A DNA stretch of 55,864 nucleotides, from the NCBI GenBank assembly GCA_002269645.1, contig NIVC01000668.1, forward strand, positions 1 through 55,864. The letters run 5' to 3'. Of this stretch, positions 50,617 through 55,864 are shown piece by piece. The DNA is from Macrostomum lignano (taxonomy: Eukaryota). The position numbers and the translations under genes are program-made. Position 1 is the stretch's first letter. Every line of letters begins with the position of its first letter. The notes beneath the pieces are model-generated. The model saw nothing but the letters and a program-made list of their open reading frames with translations. It made no database searches and was not told the DNA's origin.

Positions 50617-52857
50617 CTAGTGCTCAACTGAAAAGAGGTTTGAGTTTCGGGCCTGACCATTAGTTACGGCGGGCAGATTGGATGGACATAGAATGTCCTT
50701 TAATGAGCGTGAGCGAGTATAGGCAGCCACCGTATCCAGCTCTGCAGCGTGGTTCGAAATGGCCGTGCGAATTTGATGAACAATTCGCCCAGAGTGGTCC
50801 GTGAAAGGGATCACTATTGGGATGCAGGCGTCTTTTTCAGTGATGACGGTGTTTAAGCCTGCTGGAGTCTGGGTCTGTAGTAAAGCGATGAGCTTCTGCT
50901 CCATATTCCTCCGCCTGCGTTGAGCACCCTCTTTAGTGGTCAGGCACTCAGTACTGAGGTACCACAGACCCATAAAGCGGAGGTCCTGAATACTGTGGTT
51001 TGGTGACCGAAAGTGCCTGGAGATTGGGGTGTCCTTAGCCAGTCTGATGTCGCTCAGGTGAGCCTGAAGTCTGACTTTAAGAGCGCCTCCAGTCTCACCT
51101 ACGTAGATACAGCGGTCATTGCAAGTCTTGCACAGAATGGCATACACCACATTCCTGGAGTCACAGCGGACTTTTTGACAAATTTTGTAAATCATTTTTG
51201 TAGCGCTGGACCCTAAACAAACTTGGCCAAAATGCCCGTGCTCTCTGCAAGGACGGCAGCTTAGATTGCCACAATCCTGGAAGCCGAACTCCCACCGACC
51301 ATCAATGTAGAGGCCCAGCTGGATGAGGGCAGATTTTTTAGAATCCCTGATTAAGCGGACAGAATATCCTTGTTTCTTCAGGATGCTTGTTAAGCTGCTG
51401 CTGGCCTCATCGAAGTCTTCTTTAAATGTGCAACGGCGAGCGTAACGGAGGAACTGAGATTTCAGTATACCTTTGAAAGTGTGCTTTGGGTGAAAAGACC
51501 CCGGATTTAAAAGCTGGCGTGAATCGGTGGGTTTGAAGTAGATTGAGCACGAAAGTCTCTTGTTGTTGCCTTCGTCAGTCAGACTGACACAGCAGTCCAG
51601 GAAGTGAACCTTCTCTTTGCTGTATTGCATCGTGAGTCGGATGTTGCAATCGAACTCATTCAGATGCTTGTGCATCTCCTTTAGTTCGTCTTCAGTGCCG
51701 ACGAAGACCATAAAAATGTCGTCAATGTAGCGCTTGAAGAAACGAGGGGTAAACGGAGCAGTTTCTAAAGCTTTGGATTCCCAGGCAGACATAAATATGT
51801 TGGCGTAGGATGGCGCAAAGGCCTTTCCCATGCTTGTGCCTTTGATTTGAAGGTAGCGCGTGTCGTTGAAAACAAAATCATTTTTGTTCAAGTTAATGTC
51901 CAGGAGCGCAAGAAGATGGTTATCTGGCCTTGAGGTTTGGGGAAATGTTTGAAAGGCATCTCTAATGGCGTCCATCCCCTTATCAGTGGGAATATTGGTG
52001 TACAGGGATTCAACATCCATTGTAACCAGAAAGACATTTTCGTCTTTTTCAAAAATCAAATCATTAATAGCCGCTTGAAAGTGGTCCGTGTCTCGGATGA
52101 AGGAGTCTTGTTCCTTAGCGATCGGCTGTAGGAAGAGATCGATAAATTTGGCGCTCATGTAGCTTTCCGAGCTGCAGTCCGAGACAATGGGTCTCCCAGG
52201 AGGCACTCCAGGAGTAGGCCATTCTTCGGGATCCTTATGGATTTTTGGCAAAAGGTAAAAAATTCGATCTCTTGGAATAGTTGGCGGAATCAGTTGCGAG
52301 TATTGATGATTAGTAATTATCTTTTCTTCTTTAAGATCTTGAAAAATGGCTTTGATAATGGCACTGGTCTGGGCGCTCATTGCAGTGTCAAGGGGTTGGT
52401 AGAAGGTCCTGTTGGAGAGCTGCCTGTTAGCTTCCAGTATGTAATCTGTTCGATTCAAAACGACCATATTGCTGCCCTTGTCGGCAGGTTTAATGACGAT
52501 ACTGCTATTGTCTCGAAGAGTCTTCAGTGCCATTCTCTGCTGCTCCTGAAGGTTTGGCTTGTTGTGTATGATTCTTGGAATTCTAATCCTGTCAAGGCTT
52601 TCAAAAAGGTCTCTGTGAGAGCGCCACTTGTCCAAGTTGATGTTGGGGATCGAAGCTCGGCCAGTATAAGGGATGCGCGGGGTGAAAGCACACGTGCGAC
52701 GCTGAAGCAGGGAGTTAAGAACTATTCTCTGCTTGAAAACCTTGATGGAGTCAGAAAGGACGCTGGACCCCATAACAATTGGGGCTGGCACAAAGTTCTT
52801 CCCCATTCCTAAAATTTCGGTTTCGCAGTCAGAAAGACGATAATTCGATAAGTTCAA
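50617..52857 (-). CDS. PLE ORF2 (unit 2)
   Basis: Identical to unit 1. Confidence 0.95.
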   Translation of the reverse strand: MNLSNYRLSDCETEILGMGKNFVPAPIVMGSSVLSDSIKVFKQRIVLNSLLQRRTCAFTPRIPYTGRASIPNINLDKWRSHRDLFESLDRIRIPRIIHNKPNLQEQQRMALKTLRDNSSIVIKPADKGSNMVVLNRTDYILEANRQLSNRTFYQPLDTAMSAQTSAIIKAIFQDLKEEKIITNHQYSQLIPPTIPRDRIFYLLPKIHKDPEEWPTPGVPPGRPIVSDCSSESYMSAKFIDLFLQPIAKEQDSFIRDTDHFQAAINDLIFEKDENVFLVTMDVESLYTNIPTDKGMDAIRDAFQTFPQTSRPDNHLLALLDINLNKNDFVFNDTRYLQIKGTSMGKAFAPSYANIFMSAWESKALETAPFTPRFFKRYIDDIFMVFVGTEDELKEMHKHLNEFDCNIRLTMQYSKEKVHFLDCCVSLTDEGNNKRLSCSIYFKPTDSRQLLNPGSFHPKHTFKGILKSQFLRYARRCTFKEDFDEASSSLTSILKKQGYSVRLIRDSKKSALIQLGLYIDGRWEFGFQDCGNLSCRPCREHGHFGQVCLGSSATKMIYKICQKVRCDSRNVVYAILCKTCNDRCIYVGETGGALKVRLQAHLSDIRLAKDTPISRHFRSPNHSIQDLRFMGLWYLSTECLTTKEGAQRRRRNMEQKLIALLQTQTPAGLNTVITEKDACIPIVIPFTDHSGRIVHQIRTAISNHAAELDTVAAYTRSRSLKDILCPSNLPAVTNGQARNSNLFSVEH

Positions 52858-52886
52858 GACTTGGTTGCTAGCCGCATTCCTAAAAC

Positions 52887-54832
52887 CTACAAGTTTTTTT
52901 GTACTTTGCCATAGACAATCCTGAAGACCTCCAAGGCCGATTGGTCAGATAGTGTGACCTTGTCTGACAGGAAGGTCAAACCCTGTCTGGGTAGTGACAT
53001 GTGCCCCTTCTGGTTGAGATTCTGGGCATGGCGGTTCAATTTTTCCACATTGCTTCGGACGCTGTCCGTTGCCTCGGCATCCACCACTGAGTCAAGTGTG
53101 TAGATGTTTGCCTCTGGAAAGGCCTTGCGACAATGATTCACGATTGTCGTGAGCTGTTTGTCGAGGACACCTTCAAATTGTCTCGACAGGTCATGACCAC
53201 AAGGGAAGAGAATGACCGCTTTGACAGCTGAGCTAGGGCTTTTCAACTGCTCACGCAGCACCCTGATTAGGTTCTCAGCGCGTAGATTCGGAAAAATTTC
53301 AAATTGTACATCTGGGTGCGCTTGCCCGGGCTCAGAGAGACTCTCATCGCCGATCGCGATCGTTGACTTTTCGATAGGGGTCAGTTTCCAGTCTTTCTTA
53401 AGTCCCCTATGGACGTTAATCTGGCTTGGTTGAGCAAGTGCCGATCGAGGAGGGGTCAGCTCAAGACTGTCCCTATTGCTGTCACTGGCAAGCCTGGGTG
53501 GCTCAGCGCAAGCAAATCTACTCTGTAAAAATGCAACGTTGTCGGTGGGTGTCGCAAAAGACACGAAAGAGTCAGCTTGGCTGGCATCGATGTTGTTGCT
53601 ATTAGCAGCAGCTGGGGATGTCTGGTCACAGACCACCCCCGTGTCAAGCCCCTGGTCACAGGCGACTTGACTCTGCTGTTGACGACTCGAAGTCAAGATG
53701 GCAGGTATTGAAATAGCTGATTCGTTTTGATCAGCAGCAATGGAGTTTGCAGGTGGAGGTGTCTGGTCACAGACCACCCCCGTGTCCAGCCCCTGGTCAC
53801 AGGCAACTGGACCCTGCATTTGCGAATTGAGCCCTTCAGGCGGCTCTTCTGTCGGAAAAATCGGCGGGCAAGCTTGGTTGTCCTCGTCCGTATGGCTTAG
53901 CATGCTCGGTTCCTCGTTAAAGCCTCGCCAGTCGGGAGATTCTTCCATGCCCGTTGAAGGGCTGGAGGGACGATTCCCTGCTGGTTGCTCCCTCCCCTGC
54001 TCAGTTGTCACAGGGCTGGCGGCTTGGTGGGGTTGATTCGAACCCACCACCCCAGACAAGAGGTTTGAAACGGGAACCCCCATAGAGCTGGTGGTTTGGT
54101 TGCTTACAATCACAGTATCAAAAGAAGAGATAGTCCTACCTTTGTTAGCAGTAAATTCAGGTACCTTCAGCTCGATGGACATTTTTTTCAGCCGGTATTG
54201 CAGCAGATCAGGGCTGTAGCTGAATCTTCTGCCGAGGTCCTTCGCCGCCCAGTGAAAACCGACTTGCCAGCCGGTTTCCCAATCAGAAGGGTCAGCGTCC
54301 TTCCTGGCTTCCAGAAGTTCAGCAGCTAGATGATGGATGCTGATCTCATAATGGCTCTGCATTGTGTCTAGCGTGCTGACTTCCCACTGATCGGCGTTCT
54401 CAGCAATCCGCGATTTTGTCGATTCCGTGGGCACTGCAGGCCTGATTAGTGTTTTCAGCTGCTGAGACTTTAGTCGGATCGAAGATGGTGTCACCTGCCA
54501 ATTTTCCAGGTGGTGAGCAGCACGAAACAGCTGTTTGACTTGGCGGGCGACTCCGGACGCGGCGGTTGTCAGCGACCCACCTGCATTCCGACGTTGTTGC
54601 CGGTCGCCGCCGTCCTGTCCTGCGTAGCGCGGTCTCTTTGGCGATGGCGGCTTCTAGATCTGACATCGCCGTCACGCTGGCGATCAAACTGCCGGCCATG
54701 TTCTGGAGATAGTCGCCTCACAGCCGAACGCACACCTTGGTACTGCTGGCCATGTGGACGACTGTTTGGTTGTTGAGGTACTCTTGCTTGGCGGTGATGC
54801 GAGCTGTACCAGCTTCGGCTTTTGGTCGGCAT
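52887..54832 (-). CDS. PLE ORF1 (unit 2; lacks one C near 54610)
   Basis: GCCGCCGTCC versus GCCGCCCGTCC in unit 1; otherwise the same. Confidence 0.8.
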
Positions 54833-54869
54833 AGGGAAACTGTGAGATTGCTTCACTGGTCCCGGGAGA

Positions 54870-55864
54870 AGATAATGCGAAATGAAACCACGCACACAGT
54901 TGAAGCAAATTCACAATTTCTTTAATTCTAAGAAAATAACCGAATTTTCGACCTAAACAGGGTCTTCGTCAGGGTATATTGTAAATAAAAAACTGTGAAA
55001 AAAGGGCAAATTAAAACAGAGTTAAATATTTATAGTGAGTATAGAAAGACGCGAATAAAATAAAATAATCAATATGGTTTGGCGGGCACGATGCAACGCG
55101 TGTGTACATCTGTACATCTAGTGCTCAACTGAAAAGAGGTTTGAGTTTCGGGCCTGACCATTAGTTACGGCGGGCAGATTGGATGGACATAGAATGTCCT
55201 TTAATGAGCGTGAGCGAGTATAGGCAGCCACCGTATCCAGCTCTGCAGCGTGGTTCGAAATGGCCGTGCGAATTTGATGAACAATTCGCCCAGAGTGGTC
55301 CGTGAAAGGGATCACTATTGGGATGCAGGCGTCTTTTTCAGTGATGACGGTGTTTAAGCCTGCTGGAGTCTGGGTCTGTAGTAAAGCGATGAGCTTCTGC
55401 TCCATATTCCTCCGCCTGCGTTGAGCACCCTCTTTAGTGGTCAGGCACTCAGTACTGAGGTACCACAGACCCATAAAGCGGAGGTCCTGAATACTGTGGT
55501 TTGGTGACCGAAAGTGCCTGGAGATTGGGGTGTCCTTAGCCAGTCTGATGTCGCTCAGGTGAGCCTGAAGTCTGACTTTAAGAGCGCCTCCAGTCTCACC
55601 TACGTAGATACAGCGGTCATTGCAAGTCTTGCACAGAATGGCATACACACATTCCTGGAGTCACAGCGGACTTTTTGACAAATTTTGTAAATCATTTTTG
55701 TAGCGCTGGACCCTAAACAAACTTGGCCAAAATGCCCGTGCTCTCTGCAAGGACGGCAGCTTAGATTGCCACAATCCTGGAAGCCGAACTCCCACCGACC
55801 ATCAATGTAGAGGCCCAGCTGGATGAGGGCAGATTTTTTAGAATCCCTGATTAAGCGGACAGAA
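54870..55864 (-). mobile_element. Penelope-like retroelement, unit 3 (3' part only, cut by the window edge)
   Basis: GIY-YIG region and 3' UTR match units 1 and 2, with a 1-nt loss near 55648. Confidence 0.9.
54935..54980 (-). ncRNA. Minimal type I hammerhead ribozyme (unit 3)
   Basis: Identical to 45933-45978. Confidence 0.85.

Larger units (their letters stand above)
50369..54869 (-). mobile_element. Penelope-like retroelement, full unit 2
   Basis: ORF2 translation identical to unit 1. Confidence 0.95.

Overview
Repeat-rich eukaryotic (invertebrate) genomic DNA. Gene content, short introns and the density of minisatellites suggest a flatworm such as Macrostomum; that attribution is inference, not a database result. 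1-21.5 kb: the 3' part of a TRAF-like zinc-finger gene, then three tandem ~6.5-7 kb segmental copies, each with an RTE-type LINE fragment, a tRNA-derived SINE, a secreted PAN/apple + C-type-lectin gene (+) and a convergent MATH-less TRAF-like RING/zinc-finger gene (-). Only the third copy has both genes intact. 21.5-39.7 kb: minisatellites (15, 21, 22, 23, ~40, 79 bp units), three MITEs with TSDs, a CORE-SINE and one FMRFamide-receptor-like GPCR. 40.0-45.9 kb: a 5.8 kb (GATA)n array. 45.9 kb to the end: a head-to-tail array (period 4501 nt, at least 2.2 copies) of a Neptune-type Penelope-like retroelement on the minus strand. It encodes an ORF1 with an apparently inactive SGNH-esterase fold, joined to an RT + GIY-YIG ORF2 through an A_AAA_AAC -1 frameshift signal. 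Each unit carries a minimal type I hammerhead ribozyme, and the array is joined to the GATA tract through a 5-nt microhomology. This element is the most interesting system in the window. Many frameshifts are single-base losses in short homopolymers and may be long-read assembly errors.
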